Positions 10,728-21,119 of a DNA stretch of 64,000 nt are shown piece after piece. The stretch covers positions 193,675-257,674 of the forward strand of contig JBCBUK010000007.1 of NCBI GenBank assembly GCA_039818205.1, in the 5' to 3' direction. The notes beneath the pieces are model-generated. The model saw only the letters and a list, made by a program, of their open reading frames with translations, had not been told where the DNA came from and made no database searches. The translations under genes and the position numbers were made by a program. This stretch comes from Verrucomicrobiota bacterium. Lineage in GTDB: Bacteria; Verrucomicrobiota; Verrucomicrobiia; Opitutales; Cerasicoccaceae. Every line of letters begins with the position of its first letter. Position 1 is the first letter of the stretch.

Positions 10728-11453
10728 ATGACGACATCGGAGACCGCACCGACGGAAGGCAACCAGCCCGAACCTGGATTATACCTTGTTTCCACCCCCA
10801 TCGGAAACTTGGGCGATATTTCGCAGCGTGCGATCGAGATTCTAGGCAGTGTCGACCTAATCGCGTGTGAGGATACCCGCACGACCGGCCGCCTCCTAAA
10901 GCATATAGGCTCGGGCCGCCCGACCCTATCCTACCACGATCACAACGAACGTGCTCGAGCGACTGAGCTCGCCGATCGCATTGAAGCCGGAGAATCGATT
11001 GCCGTTGTTTCAGATGCTGGCACTCCAACTTTAAGCGACCCCGGATTCCGCATCACCCGAGAGTGCCACAAACGGGGTCTCCCAGTGATTCCCGTGCCCG
11101 GCGCATCTGCCTTGCTTGCCGCAGTCGCGGCCGCCGGATTACCGACCGACGCGTTTTTCTACACTGGTTTCCTACCACCAAAATCAGCTGCTCGCCGGAC
11201 CTTTCTAGGTAAGTATCAAGATTTTCCCCATACCATTGTGCTCTATGAATCTTGCCACCGAATCGAGAAATTCTTGGCCGAGATGCTCGATATCCTTGGC
11301 CCAGACAGGGTTGTCTGCATTGCACGTGAAATTACGAAGCGCTTCGAATCCATCAGGACGAAAACACTTTCTGAACTTGCATCAGAAGGCCTAATTGGCC
11401 ATAGTAAGGGCGAGTTCGTGATTTTGATATCACCTAAAGGATTTACTTTATGA
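10728..11453 (+). CDS. rsmI: 16S rRNA C1402 2'-O-methyltransferase
   Basis: LYLVSTPIGNLGDIS, ACEDTR, VSDAGTP.LSDPG, YESCHR and REITK motifs. Confidence 0.95.
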   Translation: MTTSETAPTEGNQPEPGLYLVSTPIGNLGDISQRAIEILGSVDLIACEDTRTTGRLLKHIGSGRPTLSYHDHNERARATELADRIEAGESIAVVSDAGTPTLSDPGFRITRECHKRGLPVIPVPGASALLAAVAAAGLPTDAFFYTGFLPPKSAARRTFLGKYQDFPHTIVLYESCHRIEKFLAEMLDILGPDRVVCIAREITKRFESIRTKTLSELASEGLIGHSKGEFVILISPKGFTL

Positions 11454-12520
11454 GACTTGGCATCATCGATATCGGCAGCAATTCCATTAAATTGCTTGTG
11501 GCCGAAACAGGATCAAATCTCGCCATTCACTACGAAACCACCTGGGAAACCCGGATCGGGACCAACCTGGGTGAAAGCGCTGGACCCATTCTAACGAAAA
11601 GCGCCGTCGAAAATGCCTGCAACGCCGTCAAATCTTTGATCGACGAAGCGGGCGGTTATAGCGTCGAACGTTTCTTCATCGCCGCAACTTCTGCGGTTCG
11701 CGATGCTCCCAATCGCGATGACTTCATTGAGGCCATTCATGAGACGACTGGCCAGAGGTTGCATATTTTGACGGGTGAAGAAGAAGCGGCCTACGTTGCC
11801 TGGGGAATCACCTCCGACCCAATCTTAAAACAATACAAGGAATTTTGCCTGGCAGACCTGGGCGGTGGAAGCCTCGAGCTCATCCATATACGCGACCGAC
11901 AGACGGTGAAAAAGGTCAGCTTACCGCTGGGTGCCATTCGTTTGTCCAAGCAGCTGCTGGAAGACCGGCGACTACCGATGAAATCAACGGAAATGCGGCG
12001 CATTGTTCGCCGTGTCCGCTCTAGCATTGATGATTCGGGTTTTATCTTTCCGCGTAATGTGAACGTTCTCGTTGGCACTGGCGGAGCGCTAACCGTAGCT
12101 CGAGCGATTCGGGCGGCGTGGTTAGGACAGGATGCGCAAGACTGCGGGCATTCTCTCAATTTGACCTTCCTCCGCCTGCTCTACGTTGAGCTTGCGGCAA
12201 TGACCCTTAAAGAGCGGATCTGCGTTCCCGAGCTTCCTGAAGAGCGTGCCGATATCATGCCCACGGCGCTATTGATTCTATTGACAGTCGCCGAGATGGC
12301 CGGGGTCGGATCCTACACCTACTCCGACTACAACCTTCGATATGGAATTGCGGCCAAGCTTTCCTCGGATCGCGCGATTGGACGCGGAGCACCGCCCTCA
12401 ATGCCCTATGGGCATGGTGGAAGCCTCAACAGCACCGCCGCCAGCAATTTATTTGCTGAGACGGAGAGCATTGTCCAACCGGGATCGATTACGCGAAGCG
12501 TCATCAAATACCCGAACTAG
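11450..12520 (+). CDS. Ppx/GppA family phosphatase
   Basis: IIDIGSNSIKL, ATSAVRDAPN, DLGGGSLE and LPLGAIRL motifs. Confidence 0.92.
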   Translation: MRLGIIDIGSNSIKLLVAETGSNLAIHYETTWETRIGTNLGESAGPILTKSAVENACNAVKSLIDEAGGYSVERFFIAATSAVRDAPNRDDFIEAIHETTGQRLHILTGEEEAAYVAWGITSDPILKQYKEFCLADLGGGSLELIHIRDRQTVKKVSLPLGAIRLSKQLLEDRRLPMKSTEMRRIVRRVRSSIDDSGFIFPRNVNVLVGTGGALTVARAIRAAWLGQDAQDCGHSLNLTFLRLLYVELAAMTLKERICVPELPEERADIMPTALLILLTVAEMAGVGSYTYSDYNLRYGIAAKLSSDRAIGRGAPPSMPYGHGGSLNSTAASNLFAETESIVQPGSITRSVIKYPN

Positions 12521-13464
12521 CCACGAAGTTTAATGAGCATTTGCTCGAACGCCCTTGGAATTCGACTGGTAAATCGAATGCTGTGCCCGGTAGTGGGATG
12601 CGGTAATTCGAGGCTAACGGCATGAAGAAAAACATCGGTAATCGGGGTATCGCCCGATCGAGCACGATAACCGTAGGTCGAATCGCCAAGTAGCGGGTGG
12701 CCCAAATGGCTCATATGAACGCGGATCTGATGAGTTCGGCCCGTATGGATACGACAATGCATAAGCGTGGAACGAACGCCCAATCGTTCCACAACCTTCC
12801 AATCGGTGTGTGCGGGTCTTCCATCCTCCCGGACTTTCATCCGGGTGCGAAAATGAGGGTCACGCTCAATGGGTTCACGAATGCTGCCCGCCTCTAGTGC
12901 TGGACTGCCCGATACGATTGCCCAATATTCCTTTTTCGTTTTGCGCTCAGAAAATGATGAAACGAGCGAATAGTAAGCCTCGTCATTTTTGGCGAATACG
13001 ATCACCCCGGTGGTTTGCTTGTCCAAGCGATGAACCACACCGGGACGCTCCTCCCCGCCTGCACGTGCAAGCTGCCCATTGGTATGGTGGAGCAAGGCAT
13101 GGCAAAGGGTCGGCGGGACTACTGCGGCCCCTGGATGGGTGACAATACCACTGGGTTTGTCGATCGCGATGATGTCCTCATCCTCGTAAAGAACCTCCAA
13201 GGGATACGGCATCGGCAGTACGGTGGTATCAGGAATTGGCGGAAGCAGCACAGAGAGAACATCGCCCTCGGAGACTTTAGTTCGACGGCTAGCGACGACG
13301 CCATTCAACTGCACGGCGCCCTCATCAAATAAACCTTTCAAACGTTCCCGGCTCCAATCGGCCAGGGCATCAGCAAGTGCCTTATCCGCTCGCTTTTGAT
13401 CGGATTCAGGCGGTACCGTGACCGATACCGCTTCCGGCACAGCCTCTGTTGGCTCGTTCTCCAA
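12517..13464 (-). CDS. rluD: RluA/RluD family pseudouridine synthase with S4 domain
   Basis: N-terminal S4 domain, VHRLDKQTTG catalytic motif, TGRTHQIRVH, HPLLGD. Confidence 0.88.
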   Translation of the reverse strand: MENEPTEAVPEAVSVTVPPESDQKRADKALADALADWSRERLKGLFDEGAVQLNGVVASRRTKVSEGDVLSVLLPPIPDTTVLPMPYPLEVLYEDEDIIAIDKPSGIVTHPGAAVVPPTLCHALLHHTNGQLARAGGEERPGVVHRLDKQTTGVIVFAKNDEAYYSLVSSFSERKTKKEYWAIVSGSPALEAGSIREPIERDPHFRTRMKVREDGRPAHTDWKVVERLGVRSTLMHCRIHTGRTHQIRVHMSHLGHPLLGDSTYGYRARSGDTPITDVFLHAVSLELPHPTTGHSIRFTSRIPRAFEQMLIKLRG

Positions 13465-13468
13465 AATA

Positions 13469-13972
13469 TTACATCCCCTTGTTCCGCAACTCTGTCTCGA
13501 GCGCGTTCTGAAAGTCCATCAGGTCTGCTTCCGATGGACGATATCCCTCCTCGGTGTCCGATCCAGGAATCAGCCCGAGGCGTCCCATCTGATCAACTTG
13601 CCATCCCATTGATTTTCCATCGCTGAAAGTAACGGAGCCGCTCACCATAGATCCGGGGCGCATGACCGCATCCAGCTCAACGGAAACCCCACCAATCGGG
13701 CCTTCTTCCAACAGGCTCGCATTTGCATCAACGGGTGGTCCCGCGTCAACCGGGGCACTGGGTTCGGCAGGCGCCGTTGACGCCGGCTGCTCGGGTGCGG
13801 CCGCCTCTTCATCGACCAGATCTAGCTCCAGATCATCGACAAGAAATCGCACCTCCATGTAGGTCAACTGAGCGTTGAACTCGCTTTCGATGCGACGTTG
13901 GACCTCCGCCAAGCCTTCACCAGCTTGAACCCAAGATGCTACTTGTTTCTTTTGATCATCCGTCAATTCCAT
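13469..13972 (-). CDS. Conserved-looking acidic hypothetical protein
   Basis: Tightly spaced in the operon with the rluD-like gene; two small domains joined by a Pro/Ala linker. Confidence 0.75.
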   Translation of the reverse strand: MELTDDQKKQVASWVQAGEGLAEVQRRIESEFNAQLTYMEVRFLVDDLELDLVDEEAAAPEQPASTAPAEPSAPVDAGPPVDANASLLEEGPIGGVSVELDAVMRPGSMVSGSVTFSDGKSMGWQVDQMGRLGLIPGSDTEEGYRPSEADLMDFQNALETELRNKGM

Positions 13973-14023
13973 AAACGAGGCATTGAAGCAGGGACCGCAG
14001 CTGAATCAACTGCAATCGCTTGA

Positions 14024-16222
14024 TTATTCTTTCATCCGAAAGCCTTCGACGGCCTCATCATCAGCAAGCTCAGAACGGGCTCCGCTGGCCGGTTCCTTCG
14101 AGCGGGATGAATCTTGACTGCGATAGTAGGCGTAGTTGGCGTGGTAGTACTGGTATTCTCCATCGGCGCTGAGCGGAACGCGGTTGAGGACTAAGCCCGC
14201 GAGTTGGCCGGTGTATTTTTCGATGGTTTGCTTGGCCCGCATAACCATGCGGCGCGGGTGTCGGCGATGTTGAATCACCAGCATGACCGCATCTGCGAGG
14301 CTGGCAATCAGTCCGGCATCACTGAGTCCAAGAACCGGTGGCGAATCCAAAAAGATGGTATCGTAGCGATCCTTCAGTTGGCGCAGCTCAAGCTCCAACT
14401 TCTTAACTGACAGTCGATTAAGCGCTCGCCCGGAATCTCCACTTGATAATAAATCGAGCCCGGGGACCCCAGCGGGGCGGATTGCCTCATCAAGCGGCAT
14501 CGTTCCATCAAAGACATCTGCCAGACCCGGAGATACGGATAGGTTGGCATGGCGATGCTGAACTGGGCGCCGCAAATCGGAGTCAATGATCAGAACGCGT
14601 TGCCCGGAAAGCGCCATTACCGAGGCAAGGTTTCTCAGCGTAGTTGACTTCCCTTCGCCTGGCCCCGCACTTTGCAGTGCGATAACTTTGTGGGTACCCG
14701 AATCGCCAAGCAGCTCCAGGTTCGTTTGCAGAACCCGATAGGGTTCCGCCTGGGTGGTTTCGTAGGACTTGGGTTCAACCAGGTGAAATCCGCGTGGGAT
14801 GATCCCGAGGGCCGGGAGCTCGGTGAGTCGCTCAATTTCCTCAACGCCACGGAAGCTATTGTCGCAAAGGTCCACCACCAACGCGACAACAATGCCGAGA
14901 ACGGATCCGCAAAACAGTGCGGGGAAAATGATAAAATACCAGACGGGCCATGCGCTGTGTCGCGGTGCTTCCGCCGGGCTCAAAATCTCGATACTTTTCT
15001 TCGGTGCCTGGAAATCGATCTCTCGCTGGCGAAGGGTCAGCTTCATCGTTTGGTAAATTTTCTCCTCTTCACGGAGTTCCTCAACCGCGTCCTCAAATGG
15101 GCGCATACGGCTGGTCTCCGAGCTAATCTGGGCGGTACGCATTTCTTTGAGCTGGCGTTGCAACTCACCAACACGTGCCTGCGCTTCCAGGTAACTGAGT
15201 TCCAACGAACGCTCATAGCCTCGAAGCATTTGATCCAGTTGCTGGCGAATGGTATCAATACTCCGTTGGGAGGCCTGTAATTCGGGATGCGCTTCGCCGA
15301 GTTGCGCTTCGAGCCGAGCATGTTCCTGTTGCTTAATCATGTAGGCCTCCAGGAGATCCTGAACGTTTTGATCGGAGATCAACTCGGAGTTCACGAGCAT
15401 CAACCGATCCCCTTCGGGAATGGCTCGAAAATTCTCCCAACGGGACTTTCTTCCAATCGCATCCACCCGCAATTGTATCAGTGTGCGCTCCAACGAACGG
15501 AGGTTTTCGACATCTTGATTGAGCACATCGATATTAATATCGACGCCAGAAATATTCAGTGACTGCCGCAGGCGCTCCACTTCGTCTCGCTTGGCCGAAA
15601 CGGTTGCGCCCTGCTTGGTCAATTCTTCCTTGAGGCGGTTGACCCCCTCCGTCTGGTTAGCAGTCGCAAACGCAATTCGATCGGCGGCATAGATCTGAAC
15701 GGTGGCGTTGGCGATCGCAGCCGCGAGTTGGGGTTCCCCAATTGTCCAGGCCGACACTCGAATGAGCGAAGCACCTTGCTGGGTAGTTTCCACCTTGATC
15801 ATGCTTTTGCTAAAGAACGGCCGCCCCTTCGAGAGCGGGATGCCATCGGCAAGAAAGTGATAGGCCTGCGATTCCGTCAGCGTATGGCCGTCAGCAAACA
15901 TATCTCCCAATGCCTGCTTGAGCTCCAGCGCTTCAATCACCTGATAGAGGATTTGCTTACTGGTCAGGATTTCGACCTGCTCCTTCGAAAAGAAGGGATC
16001 GTATTGGCCACCTTCTCGTGAAAAGAGAGCAACCTGCTCCTCTGGCTTGTCGACCTTGATGACCGCCGTGGCCTGATACCAACGCGGCATGGCCCACATG
16101 CCGAGGGTGGCACTCATTACGGTTAGGGCAACGATTGTGATGATCAGCCATCGGCGCAAATACAAGGCGCGCAGATAGAAGCTGAGCGTTCCACTGTCAT
16201 CTTCTGTATGAGTCGATGGCAT
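14024..16222 (-). CDS. wzc: Wzc-like polysaccharide co-polymerase / tyrosine autokinase
   Basis: Two TM segments flanking a coiled coil, Walker A GPGEGKST, IDSDLRRP, DSPP, and a C-terminal Tyr cluster (YQYYHANYAYY). Confidence 0.92.
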   Translation of the reverse strand: MPSTHTEDDSGTLSFYLRALYLRRWLIITIVALTVMSATLGMWAMPRWYQATAVIKVDKPEEQVALFSREGGQYDPFFSKEQVEILTSKQILYQVIEALELKQALGDMFADGHTLTESQAYHFLADGIPLSKGRPFFSKSMIKVETTQQGASLIRVSAWTIGEPQLAAAIANATVQIYAADRIAFATANQTEGVNRLKEELTKQGATVSAKRDEVERLRQSLNISGVDINIDVLNQDVENLRSLERTLIQLRVDAIGRKSRWENFRAIPEGDRLMLVNSELISDQNVQDLLEAYMIKQQEHARLEAQLGEAHPELQASQRSIDTIRQQLDQMLRGYERSLELSYLEAQARVGELQRQLKEMRTAQISSETSRMRPFEDAVEELREEEKIYQTMKLTLRQREIDFQAPKKSIEILSPAEAPRHSAWPVWYFIIFPALFCGSVLGIVVALVVDLCDNSFRGVEEIERLTELPALGIIPRGFHLVEPKSYETTQAEPYRVLQTNLELLGDSGTHKVIALQSAGPGEGKSTTLRNLASVMALSGQRVLIIDSDLRRPVQHRHANLSVSPGLADVFDGTMPLDEAIRPAGVPGLDLLSSGDSGRALNRLSVKKLELELRQLKDRYDTIFLDSPPVLGLSDAGLIASLADAVMLVIQHRRHPRRMVMRAKQTIEKYTGQLAGLVLNRVPLSADGEYQYYHANYAYYRSQDSSRSKEPASGARSELADDEAVEGFRMKE

Positions 16223-16311
16223 CTAAAAGATCAATAAAAGCAGAAGCATAGCCCCTCCACTGGAGGCGCGCAACCCCGTATCATGCCGATAACTTTGGCC
16301 CTGAACCAAGA

Positions 16312-17493
16312 CTAAAAGGAATAACGAGCATAGCCGCCAACCCGATTCCGGACTTGGTTGCGGCCATTGACCTGGGAATCAACAAAGTCGTAATCATAGT
16401 TGATCCAGATGGTCAGGTTATCGGTAGGCAGGTAGGAAATCCCTACCCCAGCACGGTAAGTGTATTCATCGGCGTCGGCAACAAATGTGCGACCATTGAG
16501 TTGAGCATACTGGAAAAACCCAGAACCCGAGACGGCGACTTTAGGTAAAACAAAATACTCGATATTCAACTGCAGGTCCAAGTTCTCCTGATCGAGGAAG
16601 GAAAGTGTGTCGGTAGTCTCAAAGATACCATAGGTGAGAGCTCCCGAGATATAAGACCGCTCAGTTAGCGAATAAACCGCAGTCAATTCACCATAGGGCG
16701 AATTGCGGTTCGGGTTGTTCTCGCGGATACGGAATTCGGCTCCGACGCGGGCGAGGATGAACAGGCGCTCCGCAAAATTGTAGTCAAAACCCGCGAGTAC
16801 AAAGTTGCTATAGTTGCTCTTGGGCGGCGAGTTGTCGGTGTAGTCGTTATACTCGAAACGATACTCTCCGACGAGGGTCAACTCCGGGAGGAAGACATAA
16901 CCCGCCTCGATACCCGCAATGTGCTGGAAGCGATCCAATTGATCCGCCAAAATGTTATCATCATAGAACCAAAACTGGTTACGGTATTTTGCGCCGAGCG
17001 ACCAGATTTCCGTCACATCCCACTCAACGGCGAGTTCAACATTATTTGTGAGGTAGGATTGGTCGCTTTGCAAAGCCGCTCCGGCAACAACGGCGGACTC
17101 TGGATTTTGAATGTAAGCAAATCGATTGCTGATGCTCGCGAAAATATTTGGGGCAAACGTGTGGTCTACTCGCGCCCCCAGGCGGTTGTTGCTCAGCCAG
17201 CTTTTGTCGCCTGGACGGTTCTCGAAAATCAGGATCTCCAGGTCGTAGTCGGCTGAGAAAAATGTCTGATCCGTCAACGACTGATTGTAGTCGAAATGCG
17301 GCTGGACCTGACCAACGACACTCGACACTCGGCCGTCCTGTGCTCCAAAAATGTTGGAGTCATAATAAACGCCACCGGTGACCGAGGCGTTGAAGGCATC
17401 CCCGCGCTCCTGCGTCGGAATAGGTGCGTAAACAGCGAACGTGACGGGCGCGAAGCTCGTCAGGAATAGAGACCCGAGCAGTAGTGGCTTCAT
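16312..17493 (-). CDS. Outer-membrane beta-barrel protein (exopolysaccharide-locus type)
   Basis: Signal peptide, alternating aromatic beta-strands, C-terminal YARYSF; next to wzc. Confidence 0.85.
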   Translation of the reverse strand: MKPLLLGSLFLTSFAPVTFAVYAPIPTQERGDAFNASVTGGVYYDSNIFGAQDGRVSSVVGQVQPHFDYNQSLTDQTFFSADYDLEILIFENRPGDKSWLSNNRLGARVDHTFAPNIFASISNRFAYIQNPESAVVAGAALQSDQSYLTNNVELAVEWDVTEIWSLGAKYRNQFWFYDDNILADQLDRFQHIAGIEAGYVFLPELTLVGEYRFEYNDYTDNSPPKSNYSNFVLAGFDYNFAERLFILARVGAEFRIRENNPNRNSPYGELTAVYSLTERSYISGALTYGIFETTDTLSFLDQENLDLQLNIEYFVLPKVAVSGSGFFQYAQLNGRTFVADADEYTYRAGVGISYLPTDNLTIWINYDYDFVDSQVNGRNQVRNRVGGYARYSF

Positions 17494-17526
17494 GGAATGT
17501 AGTCAGTATGGAGGGAATTGAGCGAG

Positions 17527-19311
17527 CTAGTCAGAGCCAGGACGCCGCGCAAGCGGATCCAAACACACATATACGTTATCCCAAATTTTCATCGGTTTTT
17601 GCAAGGGGAAAAACGACGGAAGGCTCCCCGAGGCCAGGCCGTGGTAAACCGCTCCCCAACCGTAGGCGCGAGCCGCGTCCCTCCCAGCGGTGTTGTGGTC
17701 GGCCTTGAGAAGCTGCGTATAGAACGGACGGTCCAATCGAGTTGGGGTCAATACCAGTGCTCCGATGGGCTGGCGGTCGACAATTTGGGCAAAATCCCCC
17801 ATAAGCGTTGGCTGCCCCCAGACATTTCCGCCGCCATACCAACATTGGCCCGCCGGCGAATCCGACATCAAGCCATAGCCTGGATAGAATTTTTTCGCGA
17901 TATCTTGTTCAATCGACCGGAACACGATTGGTGCGTAGGGCGGAAAAGAAAAGTGTGCTCGCACTCCGGGTTGCAAGATCCAGTGGATCAATGGCAGGGC
18001 CTGTAACAGGACCACCCCAGCGACCCATCCTCGCTTGCTCCATACGGAATAGTCTCCGGCGCTTTCCATTAGGATGAAAAAGAAGCCGGCGCCAAAAATG
18101 ATGAATAAGGGCGCCAACCAAACACCGGGAAGCAAGGGTGCCTCAGCTGAGTCCAGAAATGGAGCTCCGAAGGTGAGTACGGCAATCATCGCCAGCGAGT
18201 ACCAGCGCAACGCATCGGTTTCGCTGCGCTTAAAACGGTAAAACAAAGCGGCCAAAAAGAAACCGACGAACAAAAACCCGCCACCTTCCCACAGCCCCTC
18301 GCTCAGACTGGCACCAATGCCATCCAAGCCCTTGTTGATTAGCTTGCGCCAGCTGATGGCGGTCATCTCAGCTGTGAAAGTGCTGCGCACAATGGCGGGC
18401 TCAGCCGTTGGATCATCGGCGCGCCAGGCAATCTCCTGCGCCGCCAGTCCGAGCGGATTGCCCGTTAGATCAATGTTCCGCCAAAGCCATGGCGCAATTG
18501 TCACCGAAAATGCAACGAGCATGAGCGCGCCCCAAATGCCGCCCAATCTCCAATTCGGGGACTCATCAGAAACGATCCGACGCCAGGCGAAGTAAGCGAG
18601 CGTTGGAATCAATGCAAGGCCCGCGGGGTAATCTGTCAGAAACAAGAGACCGCACAGTGATCCAGCTAAGACAGGCCAAAGCAGACTGATTCCAGGTTGG
18701 CGAATTCGTTCCACCGCAACCCCGACAATGACGATCAACAGGATAAAGAAGCTCAAAAGAACGTTCCCGTTGACCCCGAGAACACCGCCCCAAACGCCAG
18801 CCGATAAAAGGTAACCCGTCCCCGCCAACCAGGCGGCCCGCGTGTTAAACAGCAGGTTGGCGATCAATGCAACCAGAGCCAAATTGATCCAGAACAGGAG
18901 CAGATTGACTCCGAGTAAGAAAAAGTCGGCTCGGTAGTAACTGTTCTCAGGATCACTTTCCAACCATGATCGAAGATCCACCGGCAGGACTCCAAGAACG
19001 GCTCCCAACACCACCGAATAAGCCGGTGCTGAATAGAGCTCGGGTAATCGCTCCTCGCCATCGGGGGTCCAGCCATGGCGCTCCTCCATCAGTGCAACGG
19101 GTTGGGGCCGCCACACTCCGGTGGTGAATCCCTGGCCATCGGCCAACGAACGGGCAAGAACCGCTTGATCCATCACGACCTCCCCACCCGGCCCCGTGTA
19201 GCGCTTGCCAGACAGGTAGATCGAGAAAACCACAATAAACAACGTGGCCCCCACATATCGGAAGACGGCACCACCCCGCCCTTCTTCCAGCCAGTGAATA
19301 AACTTCTGCAT
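17527..19311 (-). CDS. Polytopic membrane protein, probable GT-C (ArnT/PMT-like) glycosyltransferase
   Basis: About 10-12 TM segments, acidic motif after TM1 (MDQAVLARSLADGQGF), PWLWRNI...GNP motif. Confidence 0.65.
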   Translation of the reverse strand: MQKFIHWLEEGRGGAVFRYVGATLFIVVFSIYLSGKRYTGPGGEVVMDQAVLARSLADGQGFTTGVWRPQPVALMEERHGWTPDGEERLPELYSAPAYSVVLGAVLGVLPVDLRSWLESDPENSYYRADFFLLGVNLLLFWINLALVALIANLLFNTRAAWLAGTGYLLSAGVWGGVLGVNGNVLLSFFILLIVIVGVAVERIRQPGISLLWPVLAGSLCGLLFLTDYPAGLALIPTLAYFAWRRIVSDESPNWRLGGIWGALMLVAFSVTIAPWLWRNIDLTGNPLGLAAQEIAWRADDPTAEPAIVRSTFTAEMTAISWRKLINKGLDGIGASLSEGLWEGGGFLFVGFFLAALFYRFKRSETDALRWYSLAMIAVLTFGAPFLDSAEAPLLPGVWLAPLFIIFGAGFFFILMESAGDYSVWSKRGWVAGVVLLQALPLIHWILQPGVRAHFSFPPYAPIVFRSIEQDIAKKFYPGYGLMSDSPAGQCWYGGGNVWGQPTLMGDFAQIVDRQPIGALVLTPTRLDRPFYTQLLKADHNTAGRDAARAYGWGAVYHGLASGSLPSFFPLQKPMKIWDNVYVCLDPLARRPGSD

Positions 19312-20703
19312 TTACTCGGTGTCCAGTTCCGGCCAGCGGGCCAGCTTGCGGTGGAGGGTTCGCCGGGAAATACCCATTAGCTGGGCCGCCTTGGTTCGGT
19401 TTCCTTTTGCCTCCTGGAGGGCTCGGCGCAGTAACCGCTTCTCGCTTTCTTCCTTCGAAAGAGGTGGTTGACCCTCCGCCGTACCGCTACCCGCGCCACC
19501 GGATTCGTCCGTGAGGCGAGCCGCCGTTTCACCATCACCGAGGAAGCGCGGATCGAGATCGTACTCAGTGATCTCGCCCCCCCGTTTCATGACCACGAGG
19601 TTTTCGCAAAAATTGCGCAACTCCCGAATATTACCAGGCCAGGGATAGCGTTGAAGAACGCTCAACGCGGAAGTCGTCAAACGCGGCTTGGCCAGATCAT
19701 TCTCTTTTGCGAACGCACCAATAAAGTGATCGAGCAACATTGGAATATCGTCCAACCGGTCGCGCAAGGGCGGCAACACGATCGGAACCACATTGAGCCG
19801 GAAATACAAGTCTTCGCGAAATCGGCCCGCATCGACCTCCGCCCGAAGGTTTCGGTTAGTCGCACAGACGAGGCGGACATCCACCGCAATCTGTTTCATA
19901 CTACCCAAGCGCTCCACGGTTCTAGTCTCCAGAAAGCGAAGCAACTTTACCTGAGTCGGTGCATCGATTTCTCCGATTTCATCAAGGAAGAGTGTGCCAC
20001 CGTCGGCGGCCTCAAACCGACCAATGCGACGTTCCGTGGCACCCGTAAACGCACCCTTCTCGTGGCCAAAGAGTTCACTCTCAAGCAAGTTAGCGGGAAT
20101 CGCGGCACAATGAACCGGTACGAATGCACCTCGGCTACGAGAACTGTTTTGATGGATCATTTGCGCGATGAGTTCCTTACCCGTGCCCGTTTCGCCATTG
20201 AGCATGACGGTGGCCTTAGTCGGCGCGACCTGCTTGACCTCATCCAGGACGCGTTGCAGCGGTTCGCTGTTGCCGATAATTCCCTGGAAGCTGAATTTCT
20301 GATCGAGCCGCTCGTGAAGAACCCGGTTCTCCGCCTCCATATTTCGCGTCTTGAGCGCCCGCTTGATGAGAATATCGAGCTTTTCAAGATTCAAAGGCTT
20401 TGTCACAAAATCGTAGGCACCCCGCTTCATCGCTTCCACCGCGGTTTCGACATTGCCGTATGCGGTCATCATGATCACCACGGGGTGGTAGGCCATCTTC
20501 ACGGCTTTATCGATAACCGACAAGCCACTCTTGCCGGCCATACGGAGATCCGTCAGGACTACCGTAAACTCATCGGCTTCCAGTAAGCGAAATGCCTCGT
20601 CGGCATCACGCGCGACTGACACTTCGTAGTCGTCTTCGAATGCGGCCAATAAGCCTTCACGGGTATGCTTCTCGTCGTCAACGATGAGGAGGCTTTGCAT
20701 CAT
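19312..20703 (-). CDS. Sigma-54-dependent two-component response regulator (NtrC family)
   Basis: Receiver domain, [44 protein letters not shown]-terminal Fis-type HTH. Confidence 0.96.
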   Translation of the reverse strand: MMQSLLIVDDEKHTREGLLAAFEDDYEVSVARDADEAFRLLEADEFTVVLTDLRMAGKSGLSVIDKAVKMAYHPVVIMMTAYGNVETAVEAMKRGAYDFVTKPLNLEKLDILIKRALKTRNMEAENRVLHERLDQKFSFQGIIGNSEPLQRVLDEVKQVAPTKATVMLNGETGTGKELIAQMIHQNSSRSRGAFVPVHCAAIPANLLESELFGHEKGAFTGATERRIGRFEAADGGTLFLDEIGEIDAPTQVKLLRFLETRTVERLGSMKQIAVDVRLVCATNRNLRAEVDAGRFREDLYFRLNVVPIVLPPLRDRLDDIPMLLDHFIGAFAKENDLAKPRLTTSALSVLQRYPWPGNIRELRNFCENLVVMKRGGEITEYDLDPRFLGDGETAARLTDESGGAGSGTAEGQPPLSKEESEKRLLRRALQEAKGNRTKAAQLMGISRRTLHRKLARWPELDTE

Positions 20704-20746
20704 GCCAGCCGAGCTTGCTCGAAATCAGTTCGCTGGCAAACCCTAT

Positions 20747-20763
20747 TGCGCCAGAATGGCGCA
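20747..20763. promoter_or_regulatory. Perfect palindrome resembling an NtrC-family binding site
   Basis: TGCGCCA-GAA-TGGCGCA, about 45 bp upstream of the NtrC-family gene. Confidence 0.5.
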
Positions 20764-20840
20764 TTTTTCACGTTAACAAAACCTCAAAAGCCCGCTGTCG
20801 CCCATGTCCACATCTTTTCGAAATTTTCCCGTTTTCCCCC

Positions 20841-20869
20841 TTGACTGGCAATACCCACAAACATACTTT
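20841..20869 (+). promoter_or_regulatory. Sigma-70-type promoter of the tRNA
   Basis: TTGACT-17 bp-TACTTT, 15 bp before the tRNA 5' end. Confidence 0.65.
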
Positions 20870-20884
20870 CCTCGGCTTTTCTTG

Positions 20885-20960
20885 GCCACCTTAGCTCAGC
20901 TGGTAGAGCGGTTGATTTGTAATCTCCAGGTCGTCGGTTCGACTCCGACAGGTGGCTCCA
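20885..20960 (+). tRNA. tRNA-Thr(UGU)
   Basis: 76-nt cloverleaf: GCCACCT/AGGTGGC acceptor stem, GCTC/GAGC D stem, TTTGTAA anticodon loop, GTCGG-TTCGACT-CCGAC T arm, encoded CCA. The anticodon stem has two mismatches. Confidence 0.92.
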
Positions 20961-20962
20961 TT
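20911..20962 (+). repeat. attL: 52-bp direct repeat (3' part of tRNA-Thr)
   Basis: GTTGATTTGTAATCTCCAGGTCGTCGGTTCGACTCCGACAGGTGGCTCCATT, identical to 45469-45520. Confidence 0.95.
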
Positions 20963-20999
20963 TTTCCTGAAGGCTGAATCGCCTTTGAATATGCCAAAA

Positions 21000-21036
21000 C
21001 CCGCATCATTACTAAGATGGCGGGATTTTTTGTTTT
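21000..21036 (+). terminator. Intrinsic terminator after the tRNA, supplied by the element
   Basis: CCCGCATC...GATGGCGGG hairpin followed by ATTTTTTGTTTT. Confidence 0.65.
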
Positions 21037-21119
21037 CCAACCCCAGAGAGCGACTCGATTGAGATAGGAATTTCAAAATTGTTGAAAAATCCAGTATATT
21101 GGTCTATTCAGGTCTACCT

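Noticed and set aside
19468..20586. 372-aa plus-strand ORF
   Set aside because: Lies fully antisense to the NtrC-family gene; typical GC-rich shadow frame.
20734..20772. Possible sigma-54 promoters (TGGCAA...TTGC and TGGCGC...)
   Set aside because: GG-to-GC spacing is not the required 10 nt in either case.
20891..21076. Minus-strand 61-aa ORF over the tRNA, and the 84-aa ORF at 45454-45708 over attR
   Set aside because: Spurious translations of the tRNA antisense strand.
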